Of a stretch of DNA of 64,000 nucleotides, positions 41,401-52,480 are shown one piece after another. The stretch spans positions 38,254 to 102,253 of the forward strand of contig JAUCBJ010007104.1 of NCBI GenBank assembly GCA_032718475.1, read 5' to 3'. The position numbers and the translations under genes were made by a program. The notes beneath the pieces were generated by a model, which worked only from the letters and a program-made list of their open reading frames with translations, was not told where the DNA came from and ran no database searches. The number at the start of each line of letters is the position of its first letter. Within the stretch, counting starts at the first letter, position 1. This DNA comes from Nemertoderma westbladi. Lineage: Eukaryota; Animalia; Xenacoelomorpha.

Positions 41401-44119
41401 TATCCCGCGTGTCTATTTCCCCACACAAACCACATTCCCCCCATCATTAGAAATGCACTGCTTTAGTGACGCTAGTACTGATGGTTTAGGAGTAGTTATA
41501 TATTTGAGAAGAGAGGTAAGTCAAGGTATATTTGAATCATCATTTGTAACTTCTCGGGCTAAGACACTTCCTCTGAAGTATACGAAAGTTGCAAGAGGTG
41601 AACTACAAGCAGCTACAATATCAGCTGGAGTAGCGAAGTTAATACAGCGTGAGTTAGTAGCAGATATCAAGGCAACATTTTGGACTGACTCGACACTAGT
41701 TCTCATGTATCTTAAACGTGACGAAGTCCCATTCCCCACATTCGTAGCAAATCGGAAGGCACAAATACTTGATTCCACGATCAGAGAAGATTGGAGACAT
41801 TGTCCTGGGGACCAAAACCCGGCAGACATACCTTCACGAGGCATGATGCCTAATGACTTCTGTAGGATTGAGACCACAGACTTCTGGCTACATGGGCCAA
41901 CATTCTTGCAAAAGTCCAAGAATCAATGGCCTGCTATATTTGATTGTAGTATTGGTCATTTTCCTGACAACGCAGAGATAAAGGTTAGTAAGGTTAACAA
42001 ATCTAAAGCTAAGGCTGACGGAAATTGCAAGGATAAATCCGTGAAACCACAGGGCCCGAGTTCGAACCCTAAGGTGAGTAATTCCGTAGGGAAGGATTTG
42101 GGGCGGAAATCAATACCAAACCAGCATTTTCAGAAAGAAATGGACAAACATGAGGATACAACCAAATCCACATTGATGATTCTGAGAAGCAAGCGCAATA
42201 CCAATAAGGCAGACGGACAGACGGATCAGACACTACTACCTAAGGTTAGTCATATTAGGATTGATAAGTTGGAGAAAATTGTAAGGCCGACAAATGGTAT
42301 AATGGTCACCGATAGTCAATCACCCGTAACGAATCTGAAGAAAGTGTCGTCAGATAGTATAGACACCCAATTAGTTACGAAGCCCAATAAATTGTCAGAT
42401 ACTATAGACACACAATTATTAGATAATCAGGTTAGTATTGGTAATAACCCAGTAGGAGTGACAGACCCTACCAATACATTAGGGTTTAAAAAACCTATTC
42501 CAGTCTCTGCAACTGAACCTTCAGATCCAGCCAGGTGCGTTTATGATAAATTAGTAAAATCAAATTCATCTTGGTTAGATATATGTCGGAAGACTGCTTG
42601 GTTACGGCGTTTTATAGAAATTATAAAATTTCGTGTATTAAAACGCAAGGATTTAACATTTAACAAGGGATTGTCTCAAGATGAGATAGATCAATCAGAA
42701 AATATTATAATAAAACATTTCCAAATTCGCAGTTTTTCCCGGGAGTTTAATTTAATTACTACCGGAAAGGCTGTGACGTCATCAAAACTGACAAAATTAA
42801 GCCCTACTATTTATAAGGGTTTAATATGTCATAAATCCCGATTGCAAGCAGCCAACCTTGAAACTCATTTCTTGTATCCCATTATTATACCTCAACATTT
42901 TGAATTACAGCGCTCTATTGTGTTAGATGCACACATAAAACTTAAACATGCAGGTCGTGCACATTGCTTGTCTGACATTAGACAACGTTTTATTTTATTG
43001 AAACCAACAAATGCACTGACGTCTGTGATGTCCAACTGTTTTCGTTGCAAGAAATTACAAGCGAGAATAATTAGTCAAGAAATGAGTATCTTACCTTTGG
43101 CGCGTGTGGAAGCTTATAAGCCACCTTTTACAAACACTGGGCTAGATTGCTTTGGTCCGATATTAACAAAGCGCGCCCGTTGTTTGATAAAGCGATGGGG
43201 TCTACTATTTATATGTATGGCCTCCAGAGCGATACATATCGAAAGGGTCGCTGATATGACTACAAATTCGTTCTTACTGGCATTACGGCGATTTATTGCA
43301 CGGCGAGGCTTGGTAAGGGCCATTTATTGCGATAAAGGAAGTAACTTTGTGGGAGGTAAAAATGAGATCAACCGAGCTTTCAATAGTCTTGATCACTCGA
43401 AGATCTCAAAGGAACTACAACCACAAAGGATCACGTGGTACTTTAATACAGTCGACAGCCCGTGGCGTGGCGGGTGTTGGGAACGTCTTATACGTTCAAT
43501 TAAACTAGCGATGTATAAGACGATTCCTGAAAACAAGTCACTCAATGATGATGAGTTAGTTACCCTTTTCATTGAGATTGAACACACGTTGAACTCGAGA
43601 CCTTTGACCATCGTGACAGACAGTGAGGACAACACTATGTCACTGACACCCAACCACATTCTTATGCTGACACCAACACCTTTGGTACCAGCATCCATAC
43701 CCAATGACAGCGACTTATACTGTCGCAAATCTTGGAAAGTTACCCAACTCTTGGCAGACAGGTTCTGGGAAAGTTGGATTAAATATTATTTACCAACAAT
43801 CTCAGCCAGGACAAAATGGTACAAACTGACTAGAAATCTAAAAAGGGGTGACTTTGTATTACTTTCTGATGAAAATGTAAAGAGACGCCATTGGATAACG
43901 GGAGTCGTAGTCAAAACTCATCCCGCTACTGATGGAGTTATCCGAACGGTATCAGTTAAGAGTATATACAATGATTTAGTCATCAGGCCAGTTCAAAAAC
44001 TAGTGCTACTTGAGGAAGCTAGATACGAACACGGAGATTACAAAATTCCAAAAAAGGAAAAGAAACTGGTAAAGGTCCCCAAAAGGAGGACGAGGAGAAC
44101 CAGAAACAACAAACAATAA
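35483..44119 (+). CDS. BEL/Pao Gag-Pol polyprotein, 2878 aa
   Basis: N-terminal coiled coil, then DUF1759-like gag (PPTFSG...EKFCYLFQLLKGEP, ~37958) and three Cys/His knuckles (from ~38666). Protease LMDTAS (~39188), RT YYLPHH/DIESMF/YTDD (~40922), RNase H HCFSDAS (~41468), and integrase HHCC plus GLDCFGP/CDKGSNF/WERLI. Ends with a DUF5641-like FWESWIKYYL tail. Confidence 0.96.
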   Translation: MSQNNNTDPPLTEYYETAGETTSQQLDTSVPDNTVDINEPTTITVGTATVTEVIDDDGGHSQTFGPHPYNNVPDPHSDSGSETSTPGPTISRSAGGHMAKVTSATNKLIRVLDRQEYEPVNLGILQDEYNQLIFTQSNKLQELVGLAEKRREFKTLTNLYTKLQSIRATFISITNRIRAIREEFRASLADASEAQINFDSEEFELNEWVNVYINKLERYLFQKGVVVPGLPLPTKANEVASKYSEIINEGAHSVASKTRCKGSVSSLSISASQLLTVRRLSEDGQQAKREQLRFEREEEIRRSRQLAETELKRLAQNISQLSVEETHLLESEACAIRAKKLDMDAANRLAEIERGRVRREAEAERVKADRLAEIEKALIERETAANRQRMVDDAMRIEQENEIARRKKELEDQCLKIEAQRKQQLEEDERRRKGEELASRQRHIASELEEAKLAARCYRANSLLSELDHVASSVEQYNETHGKDAIDSKMHFIDAFHRHFAGKGWVEEEYDLPPSISGTQRRNPRRIENRGAEEYPEIASGGILNFTNDNFSRKTHHPRTVNQKNPSSRDHVPHCECSECQSRSLKKRNIENKFSEVGYNESREIFRVNKDEEQQRDWNQYREEEKFQLNDMVSQPQLTIDQLKSAIQECNNSVLQEVKEVKFQVQGIQGHVHSVQAEVHNVQKCVQHVQGQVQDEFESVRYSMQEVDARLTRAEQQREKEHLATQQLRNNNPEVKLKFPNKNKVNFPIIDCRTDSENEQEVEDISLGMSPRVRPKVYYGTKNPSMPPKSRSLTTPTQGSEDSPVTAIATELSRFSARQSLPQQQPPTFSGISKHWRNFTSYVDTTIASQEFTSSEKFCYLFQLLKGEPRELVSTFVGDEDAFELAYNRLITTYGGNTKMARSVVDELAKGNPVTTPVDLVKLADSIKNAIKVLPTYGCEHYGVRPDILRDIMRRLSLRYRQKIRRLERKVESRGDTLSIKHIYEIIAADSEADLRSNYSEEYLQIERHYGRTKSASSDKSAVAYSTLSNQQVASDGPNKVAAPIGAKQLQVQELPADFRGCQYCYYLSQKSTDHKLVGCNLFSKLDIQKRRLIIRTLDACWKCLAVGHKRRACTSATATKGCTDCGRLHHRLLHTAEHTPTKQYLLDNPNKVTRRTALTHNVTFAGIRTDELSDQSGSTSGEEYEGASASEPETCATSTGDSTSFLTRTQSVGFSVIPIAISGEKGTKSVFCLMDTASNQSYVDEEIASVVTNTDILTTTMMDIGSLHGRKLMPVKYVKLTLDSLLSTEQQSITEQRLLPLKDLQFAAIRDFAQLLGPVPISTERDRKYLQGVDIPQHYVNYRNIAMIIGTDQFIAHKTWETRPVEWNLGDPYSNRTILGWYTRYPLNWVTGTEGTDTTESDKSTGTVGTINTRWQYCNNSTDNTRDRYYDDLLLQEQVKTQSTYISNISDITEQSDSSLESDNQSECCETFSNDSDCGLSPCRGSDNDSVESEEAIGKLRQVQFDPDESRKDSHRIMSFCTVNTSQTRLESFETLRNVNSTEVELMEAYDYLEDDKEMHRKTLQWLEQDAAEPNSYDTALSVSEQRCIDIMEKTINQLPNGHFEVGMLWREDKPKLKNNYPLALKRLLMIRRRLLNNPAIHEQYQTQMDMYIDNKYAIRMEHPEITTDKTYYLPHHYVIHPDKPGKVRVVNDCREKYMGMSLNSELLDGPNMNNYLIGILLRFRQCNIAFTCDIESMFNQVFALKEDQECLRFLWYPNKDLTGEPAVYRMTRHCQGARDSPTGCIFALKRTADKQKDNFNERVIETIKKDIYTDDGLKCCDTVKEAIDMSHDIQRCVATGGFRLTKFVSNSVELINSFPVKDRSMGDIELEFEPIPTTKVLGLVWNPNSDTFQVRVKVPSKDGVLTKRICLSTMSKLFDPLSFISPVILQARIYLRKIWLGKTDWDEPISEEIAIQWRQWEDQLPTLKTLNIPRVYFPTQTTFPPSLEMHCFSDASTDGLGVVIYLRREVSQGIFESSFVTSRAKTLPLKYTKVARGELQAATISAGVAKLIQRELVADIKATFWTDSTLVLMYLKRDEVPFPTFVANRKAQILDSTIREDWRHCPGDQNPADIPSRGMMPNDFCRIETTDFWLHGPTFLQKSKNQWPAIFDCSIGHFPDNAEIKVSKVNKSKAKADGNCKDKSVKPQGPSSNPKVSNSVGKDLGRKSIPNQHFQKEMDKHEDTTKSTLMILRSKRNTNKADGQTDQTLLPKVSHIRIDKLEKIVRPTNGIMVTDSQSPVTNLKKVSSDSIDTQLVTKPNKLSDTIDTQLLDNQVSIGNNPVGVTDPTNTLGFKKPIPVSATEPSDPARCVYDKLVKSNSSWLDICRKTAWLRRFIEIIKFRVLKRKDLTFNKGLSQDEIDQSENIIIKHFQIRSFSREFNLITTGKAVTSSKLTKLSPTIYKGLICHKSRLQAANLETHFLYPIIIPQHFELQRSIVLDAHIKLKHAGRAHCLSDIRQRFILLKPTNALTSVMSNCFRCKKLQARIISQEMSILPLARVEAYKPPFTNTGLDCFGPILTKRARCLIKRWGLLFICMASRAIHIERVADMTTNSFLLALRRFIARRGLVRAIYCDKGSNFVGGKNEINRAFNSLDHSKISKELQPQRITWYFNTVDSPWRGGCWERLIRSIKLAMYKTIPENKSLNDDELVTLFIEIEHTLNSRPLTIVTDSEDNTMSLTPNHILMLTPTPLVPASIPNDSDLYCRKSWKVTQLLADRFWESWIKYYLPTISARTKWYKLTRNLKRGDFVLLSDENVKRRHWITGVVVKTHPATDGVIRTVSVKSIYNDLVIRPVQKLVLLEEARYEHGDYKIPKKEKKLVKVPKRRTRRTRNNKQ

Positions 44120-44183
44120 ATTTAAAATTTGGGAGTTGCTTTGTGGCGTCATTCCAGGTTAGAAATGTACATTACTATGTACA

Positions 44184-44196
44184 TTGGGGCGGTATA
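44184..44196 (+). promoter_or_regulatory. Internal copy of the PPT/LTR-junction motif
   Basis: TTGGGGCGGTATA 65 nt after the polyprotein stop, identical to 46964-46976. Confidence 0.6.
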
Positions 44197-46963
44197 TTAT
44201 GAAATGAGCTGGAATAACACCACCTCATGGACAGCCGATGTATTGAATTAAAAATGTTTGAAAATTTCAATTATAGTAAATTAATATTAATTTAATAATA
44301 ATAAAATTATTAGAATTAATATTAATACCGGAACAACCGCAAAAGCGCCAAATTTTAGAATTGTGTTTTGTAGACTCAGGATTTTATTGATCTCATTATG
44401 TACTTGATTTGACAGTACGGCTATATTTCTGATAGTGTAGCGTTAGTCGTGGCAAACAGACGTACATATATAACATGGAATCATTTGAATAATCATTGAC
44501 ACTAATATACTTCTTTCATTTCATATTACTGCATAATTCATCTCATCATTTATTTGGGTTCTAGGAAAAGGAATATGTGAATTTATTCACATCAGTTTTA
44601 TCAAAACTGAATTTCACAATATTTTATCTAAAAAATTAAGTTGAAATATTCGAAAGCCGAAAGGTTGGCATTTAGACCACGGCTAAGAGGAATATTGGGG
44701 GGTATTTCAGAACCACGGTGAAATAATGTTGAGATAGTTGAAATTATTTGGAGCGGAGGGACTTTCGCTCAACCAGAGTGCTAGCAAGTGGATTATGGCA
44801 CTTTCTTTAGAGTCAATAATTGGATATACAATTATGGGACTGCGATTAGAAGGATTTGGAGAATACTAGTAAAGATGATGTTGCATGTTATGTCTCTTGA
44901 TGTTTACGATATCAGCGACAAAGGCAACGAGTCTAGAGGTCTATCATTATATCGGGAAACATTAGCGCACATCGCGCAGAGGAACCGTTAACGATGGCCG
45001 GTCTATCGCGCACGTTGGGAGAATCCACAACGAGGGTGGCTGACATGCCACAAAACCTCAGATACCAGGTATTGGGCGTGGTTACGGACCACAATTAGAT
45101 AGAAGGAAAGTCGCTATACAGAGTAAAACTACCCAAAGAGGTGAGGTCTCTATAGGGGTGGTTTTAACAGGCGGCGGTGGACTCGTGAGGGTCTGGGGGC
45201 ACGTTAAATCACTAATATAGTGCTAGGGAGTCACTGAAGGCCCTCGTGTCTAACGAACCATGAATTGCCATGGTGCCGTGGTACCGTCTAGTCGGCATGT
45301 TGCCGTACTGCCAGTCCTGTACACAGTAGGGGTGGTGGCATGGCGTGATTTGTGGTTCATGTGGTGTGAACTATGTTTTGTATGTGAGCAACCAGTGGCA
45401 GTTTGCTTGGGGCTTGGATGGGTTCCTTTGGCCATCAGCTGTTCCGTTTTTTTGATACTATATGTTATTGTCTCCATGTTCAGCTGATTGGTCTTTGGGA
45501 TTTGTTTGGGTCTTTGAGCTTTCTGTTGCTGTAGGTACGTGAGTACACGTGATTGTATGTGTGGCCACTGCGAGTAAGTATGGGAACCCTTGCCAGTTGG
45601 ACAAGACGCCGCTGGTATTAGTAGGACCATACTTTACTGCGCCCCAGCATACTTTGTGCACACAAGTTATTTTACCCTGTCGGTAAAATAAGGTACTCTC
45701 GACTCTTTATTTGTCGATACAATTTGTCCCTTCTGATTTGACCCCGATTTTGTCTTACCCGATTTTGTCTCTGTGTGTGCATGGTATGTGTTCGATTTTG
45801 TGCTTACCGTTGTGTACTTGATTTCGTGAACATCTGTTGAGTACACGTGTACAGTGACTGGTAAGTGGTTACTTGTTCAGTAGCTTTTGAGCTACAGACA
45901 GTATTGTTTTTTAAATACTGCCGGCGAGGCAGGTGAAAACGTGTCAATATTCCATGTTGGGTAGCGCAAGCCCACATGGGACAAGACCGTCGGTTAGGCC
46001 CAAGGGCGACCTTGGTGCTCGATCGCTATCGACTGGTCCACCTGCCGGTTGACTCTTTGTTATACTTTGAGTTGGCTCAATGTACAGTCAGGCCACAGTA
46101 AGTTGACAGTAGCCACCCATCTGGCTACACGTTCGACGAGCTGTGCTGGTGTGATCGGGGAATTGAAAATTGAACCCGGGAAGCATCAGGCCACCCTCCG
46201 GCCCGGTCTGATAATAACAAGCAGTCGGACTGGCCCCAGGGGTGGTGGAAAGGTGTCCGCCTCGTGGGTGCGCCTCGGGGAGGAGCCCAGAAGGACACAA
46301 GTGGACTGGGGTATATGAAAGCGATTATACGTTTTGCCCATACCTGAGGATCATAAATATGTTCGCCCTATTTATGATATTAGAGTGATAATTATTATCT
46401 ATTTAGTATATCCTGTAATATGCTGATTTATCTATTTGATCTAAATGTAATAATATGGTTTAAACGAATTAATAGCCTATAGCTTGAGATTATATTAGAT
46501 ACTATTTACTAGGATACACCATATTGCTCTTCAATACCGGAAATAAGATGCATTGTATTTATTTACATATGTTGCTTAGCAACGTATGAGGATAACGTAA
46601 GCTGATAGCCTGGAGAGTATTTTGTAGAATTTGTTTAAGTACGTATTTTATTTGTTCTATGCGAGAGTAGCTCAGTTTGTAGAGCGCCGGAAATGTTTGT
46701 AGAGAGATTATATATTTTTCGCAATGATTAAAAAGTGCAAATATTAAATATGCAATATAGTAGTTTATTTTAGTAAAGAAAGATTGTTTTATTTTAGTTT
46801 ATATGAATGAATGCAGTTTAGTTTAGTTACTTTATTTGTGTATAAGATATATTTGGATATAAGGAATTAATTTTTTAAATATTTCGTTATTGTTCGTTAT
46901 TCTATTTAGATATATTAATTGACGTTTATGCGCGGTCGATAAAGATGCCGTTTCACTTTATCT

Positions 46964-46972
46964 TTGGGGCGG
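46964..46972 (+). promoter_or_regulatory. Polypurine tract of the BEL element
   Basis: TTGGGGCGG immediately before the 3' LTR; GGGGCGG-type PPTs are typical of BEL/Pao. Confidence 0.8.
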
Positions 46973-48402
46973 TATACTGTTTTTGATGAAATTGCATTAT
47001 CAATTAAGTTTCCCCATTACAAACTGGTATTAAATATAGTAAATAATTCTATACAGTATACTAAATTATAGAAAGTTTGAATTTCGCGCCCAACATTTTT
47101 TAAAAAGGGACATGTCACTTTGTCATTCAGTCATTGGTGAGTTTTAATTATTAAGAATCTCTTTTGTGTTTTTCGTACTTAAGCAGACTGCTAACTGCAG
47201 TACTGCACCTGCACAACTGCACAACAACAACAATTTGTCATTGTCATATTTATAATTACTGGTACTGAATTATACCTGTTTTTTGTTCTTTGACATTGTG
47301 ATTTCAAGTTAAATGTGAAATGCCGTAAATCCTAAATCTGTTATTGACTGATTCAATTAAATTGTCCGTCTACAATCTGAAAACGGACAATTTTCAACAT
47401 ATGGCACATGGCAGTAGGCCTATGGAAATAACATACAGGATAATGGAGTAGTTTTACCGGGAGCGATCTGCCGGCGATTCCACAGGCGAGAGGGTATGAG
47501 ATGAAGCAAAATCCGGCCAGTATACCGGTATAATGAACAGGGAAGTATAGCCTATCGCCCATCGGTAGGCCTGCAACACTACACTGGAAGGGGTTCAAAA
47601 TTAAGCGAGGAACACTGGGGTTCATTTGGGGCAGGAGGGTGGGGTGCAATACAGAAATATTCCTTCGACGGCTGAGACGGTTATATGCTGAATAAGTAGG
47701 CCCTAGGATTTTTTGATTTAATTAGTACATTTTGGATTAAAGGTCGTATTACCGCATTAGATTATTGACCAGCCCAACCCATTTCCAACCATTCCTAGTT
47801 TTGGGAGGGGAATCGACAGTAAAAAATAGGTGCTTCGATTCTACATTTCATTTGAGATTATTTGGGGGACTAACAATTCTGATTATATATATTTCTATCA
47901 CTAGGCCGACTTTCGATTTGGGGATCATTCACTGTCACACGGTGGGCTGGTTAGCTATTTGATCATCCATAATAGACAGACTCCCTTTTGGTTGGTTCAT
48001 TGGAAGTATTACAGTTTTGGAGAAGCCAAAATGACATTATTTGGAAATGGGACCTGCGTAAAAGCGGCTTATAGCCGATAATTGGCGGAACTCGACTGTC
48101 AGATTTCATTTTATATTTATTACAAAATTAGTCCTATATTATATTGAAAGTACACGCTAAATCTAGATTACAATATAGCAAATTTAGCTTGACTCAGTCA
48201 TGTGATATTTAAATGTGGGTATCACCTTTTTGCCTTAATTAGCAGCAACATTTAGAACATTTCAGAAATATTAGTTTTGCCTTGGAACGGGTGGTTTATT
48301 CAAACGCTGTAGGATATTAGTAAGCAATCTATCTGAGTCAATTCGAATCAGTAGTCGGCTTACATTTCGTTGTTCAGTGTTTTTTGAGCACAGAACGCAA
48401 CA
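46973..48402 (+). repeat. 3' LTR
   Basis: Copy of 33300-34729, followed by TSD ACTTT and resumption of the satellite monomer. Confidence 0.94.
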
Positions 48403-49430
48403 ACTTTGGAACGGGCAAATAGTCGGACGGACAAGATTAATGGACGCCCAGATTTACTGAATTCCGAACAGTAATTTGGACAAATTTGCCCGGAAATTCG
48501 GACATTTTGACCGGATTTTTGGATGTCCGGGCATTCTAGTGCCCGGGTGTCCGGACATCCGGGCGAATTTGGAACGGACAAATGGTCGGACAGACAAGAT
48601 TAATGGACGCCCAGATTTACTGAATTCCGAACAGTAATTTGGACAGATTTGCCCGGAAATCCGGACATTTTTCCGGATTTTTGGATGTCCGGGCATTCTA
48701 GTGCCCGGGCGTCCGGACATCCGGGCGAATTTGGAACGGACAAATGGTCGGACAGACAAGATTAATGGACGCCCAGATTTACTGAATTCCGAACAATAAT
48801 TTGGACAAATTTACCCGGAAATCCGGACATTTTTCCGGATTTTTGGATGTCCGGGCATTCTAGTGCCCGGGCCTCCGGACATCCGGGCGAATTTGGAACG
48901 GACAAATGGTCGGACAGACAAGATTAATGGACGCCCAGATTTACTGAATTCCGAACGGTAATTTGGACAAATTTGCCCGGAAATCCGGGCATCATAGTGC
49001 CCGGACGTCTAGACATCCGGGCGACTTTGGAACAGTTAGATGGAAGAAAGGCAAATTTAAAGGAAATCCAGATTTACAGAATTCCGAACAATATTTTGGA
49101 CAAATTGCCGGAAATCCGGACATTTTGGCCGGATTTTTGGATGTCCGGGCATACTAGTGCCCGGGCGTCCGGACATCCGGGCGACTCTGGAACAGACAAA
49201 TAGTCGGACAGACAAGATTAATGGACGCGCAGATTTACAGAAATTCGGACAGTAATTTGGACAGTTTTCACGGACATAGACATTTTGGACGGATTTATGG
49301 AAGTTTGGGCATCCTAGTGCCCGGACATCCAATCAAACAGACGTCCAGGAAGACTATCGGAACGGACAATGAGCAGACAGACAAGCTTGCTAGACGGACA
49401 GATTTGCAGACATCCAGGACGAGAGAATGT
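48403..49430. repeat. Satellite array 2, right part (~162-bp monomer)
   Basis: Resumes ACTTTGGAACGGGCAAAT; the monomers match 61480-61940. Confidence 0.92.
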
Positions 49431-50982
49431 TGAGTTTAAATTATATTTATTTAAATAAAATGCAATTTTCCGTTAAAAAAACATATTACAGCTCAGTTCC
49501 CAAACGCTTAGATAAAAGTTATCATGTGATAATAAATTCTTCTAGTGTGAAATTAACCGCAGATTCCAAATATAGAAACAGTTTTGAAATACGATTTGTA
49601 GTTCTCGCGATATTTGGGTTTAAACACAACGTTTCTTGATATTTTACGAGATTTGAGGTATTTTTTCTTGGAAAAGGATAAATAATTATTTCTAGTCCGT
49701 ATCTGCAACACTTAGAGAAAATTAAACTTGTGATAGCTTTTCTAGCGTCAAATAAGCCACAGATTCCAATTATATAAATCGTTTTAAAATATCTTTTGTT
49801 GTTATGGGGATATTGGGGTTAAACACAACGTCTTTGACATGAATTGAGAAATGAATTGAAAAAAATTACAGTTATATAAGATTTATTAATTAATTATTGG
49901 TAATATTATGTCAACAACTGATATAAACCAAATATTTGAAACACACAAAGTTAACATATCAGTTCAGGAAATAAGCAGCTTTACATCACCATTATTATGT
50001 TAATAATTAACTAATTAGTTCTAGTTAATATAAATTATCAATCGCGAGTCTCCAATACACATTGACATTTCAACTTGGTAGAAACCCATCTCTATGCAGT
50101 GTGTGTAGTATTAGCGGCGTTGTGTTGAGCTTCTTCAATGTCCTAAAAATATTAACAATAATTAAGTTTACATATAGATCGATAATTAGAACTAGAAAGA
50201 AAACATCCTAGTGCCGGGCGTACCGGACATACGGACGACATTGGAACAGACAAATAGGCAGATAAGATAGATTCCAAATATGAAAACCGATTTTAAATAT
50301 CTTTACTTGTTCTTGAGATATTGGAGTTTAAATACAACGTCTTTGGAATTTATTTAATGTATTTGGTGAAAAAAAAATTAAGGTTAACTTGTATATAAGG
50401 ATTAATTATTGATATTAATCCTTGCATAATCGTTATATATAACAAAATATTTGAAACTCCTAAAGTTATTTAACATAAAATCAGTTCAAGTAAATATGCA
50501 ATTACATCACAATTTAGCTGATCCAACTCAAAGTTGATTTGCATTTAGTCTCGATATAGTAGCTGTCCTACTAACAACACATTGTAACCTCCCCATAGAC
50601 AGTCATTAACATTGGATATACTAGGGCTCTGATTGCTTGGCTGACTATCTCACATGTTTTTATTTATAAATTAAATTCGAATCCAAGGAAAATTTGGTTG
50701 ATGTTTTGTATTAAAACCTATGTAAACCTCGTTCTATTAAACCAAAATTTATGTTTGATAGCTTATTAGAAAGCTACGTTATTCGGGATTATTAATATGT
50801 AAAAAACTCTTTATAACTCTTTAGGGAAGTTACTCGTTAATGTGATTTTATATAAAATGGCATTACGACCAGAACGCATTGCGTTGATTATGAAGTGAAA
50901 ATATTTGGTTGAGATACAAAAATTGTATAAAATTTTATTAAATAAAACATATTTTGTTGGTAAACAAACGTACTGGACGCAA

Positions 50983-52480
50983 ATCTGCAAATGTTATCCA
51001 GAAGTTTTTACATGAAAAGTAAATAACTTTATATTAATATATTATATTATATAATAATACAACAATATTATATGAAAGCGCCACTTATACAATGAATAGT
51101 AAATTGTATTACAATGTGATCAACTAACAATAAATAAATCCCAAACTAAATTAACTAATAATATATAACAAAGGACAATAAAAATAGCGCTGGAACCGCT
51201 TTGCTAGTTGCTCTACTAACTAAAAATTTAACAGAATCAATTAAATAACCTTCGGCATGGTAAGATAGGAATGGTGTCAGTGAAAAACAATAAAACAAGC
51301 TGGCAAGCCTGGAGGGTTCACGGTCCTCCTACTTAATCAGTACAATAATAATAACCGATACATCATTGTCGAAACGTACCCAGTATTCGGGTACCGGCTG
51401 GCGGCTGACCGGTACGTTTTCGTTCGGGTAGGCCTATGTTTCCTTTTCACTTGTTCCCATCGTAGGCGACCTCATGCTCATCCCACCACGACCACGACCA
51501 CCAGTTACGAGTTGGGTAGGCGTCTACCGGCAACCGGTAAGTAATTACGCGCCACACGACGTCATCCCGCCATCCGCCAACATTTATACCGGTACGGTAA
51601 GCCTACCACCTACCGGTTGGCTACCATCGCACCGTAGGTCTACCGCCTACGGTAGGGTACGTACCGTACAGCGGTACTCAAAGTCGTACCGGTATTGTCG
51701 TAATTGACAAATGCAGGATTAAACTGTAACCATCTGCAAATGTTATCCAGAAGTTTTTACATGAAAAGTAAATAACTTTATATTAATATATTATATTATA
51801 TAATAATACAACAATATTATATGAAAGCGCCACTTATACAATGAATAGTAAATTGTATTACAATGTGATCAACTAACAATAAATAAATCCCAAACTAAAT
51901 TAACTAATAATATATAACAAAGGACAATAAAAATAGCGCTGGAACCGCTTTGCTAGTTGCTCTACTAACTAAAAATTTAACAGAATCAATTAAATAACCT
52001 TCGGCATGGTAAGATAGGAATGGTGTCAGTGAAAAACAATAAAACAAGCTGGCAAGCCTGGAGGGTTCACGGTCCTCCTACTTAATCAGTACAATAATAA
52101 TAACCGATACATCATTGTCGAAACGTACCCAGTATTCGGGTACCGGCTGGCGGCTGACCGGTACGTTTTCGTTCGGGTAGGCCTATGTTTCCTTTTCACT
52201 TGTTCCCATCGTAGGCGACCTCATGCTCATCCCACCACGACCACGACCACCAGTTACGAGTTGGGTAGGCGTCTACCGGCAACCGGTAAGTAATTACGCG
52301 CCACACGACGTCATCCCGCCATCCGCCAACATTTATACCGGTACGGTAAGCCTACCACCTACCGGTTGGCTACCATCGCACCGTAGGTCTACCGCCTACG
52401 GTAGGGTACGTACCGTACAGCGGTACTCAAAGTCGTACCGGTATTGTCGTAATTGACAAATGCAGGATTAAACTGTAACC
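50983..52480. repeat. 749-bp direct tandem duplication
   Basis: 50983-51731 equals 51732-52480 (identical ORFs at 51474 and 52223). Confidence 0.93.

Larger units (their letters stand above)
33300..48402 (+). mobile_element. Full-length BEL/Pao LTR retrotransposon, 15,103 bp
   Basis: Two 1430-bp direct repeats at constant offset 13673. 5-bp TSD ACTTT at 33295-33299 and 48403-48407. Single gag-PR-RT-RH-IN ORF, with a PPT before the 3' LTR. Confidence 0.96.

Noticed and set aside
45260-45487. Hydrophobic 75-aa ORF as an env remnant
   Set aside because: Too short, no fusogen features, and explained by G/T-rich composition.
46344-46378. Possible hammerhead ribozyme (CTGAGGA plus hairpin)
   Set aside because: The required GAAA after stem II is absent.
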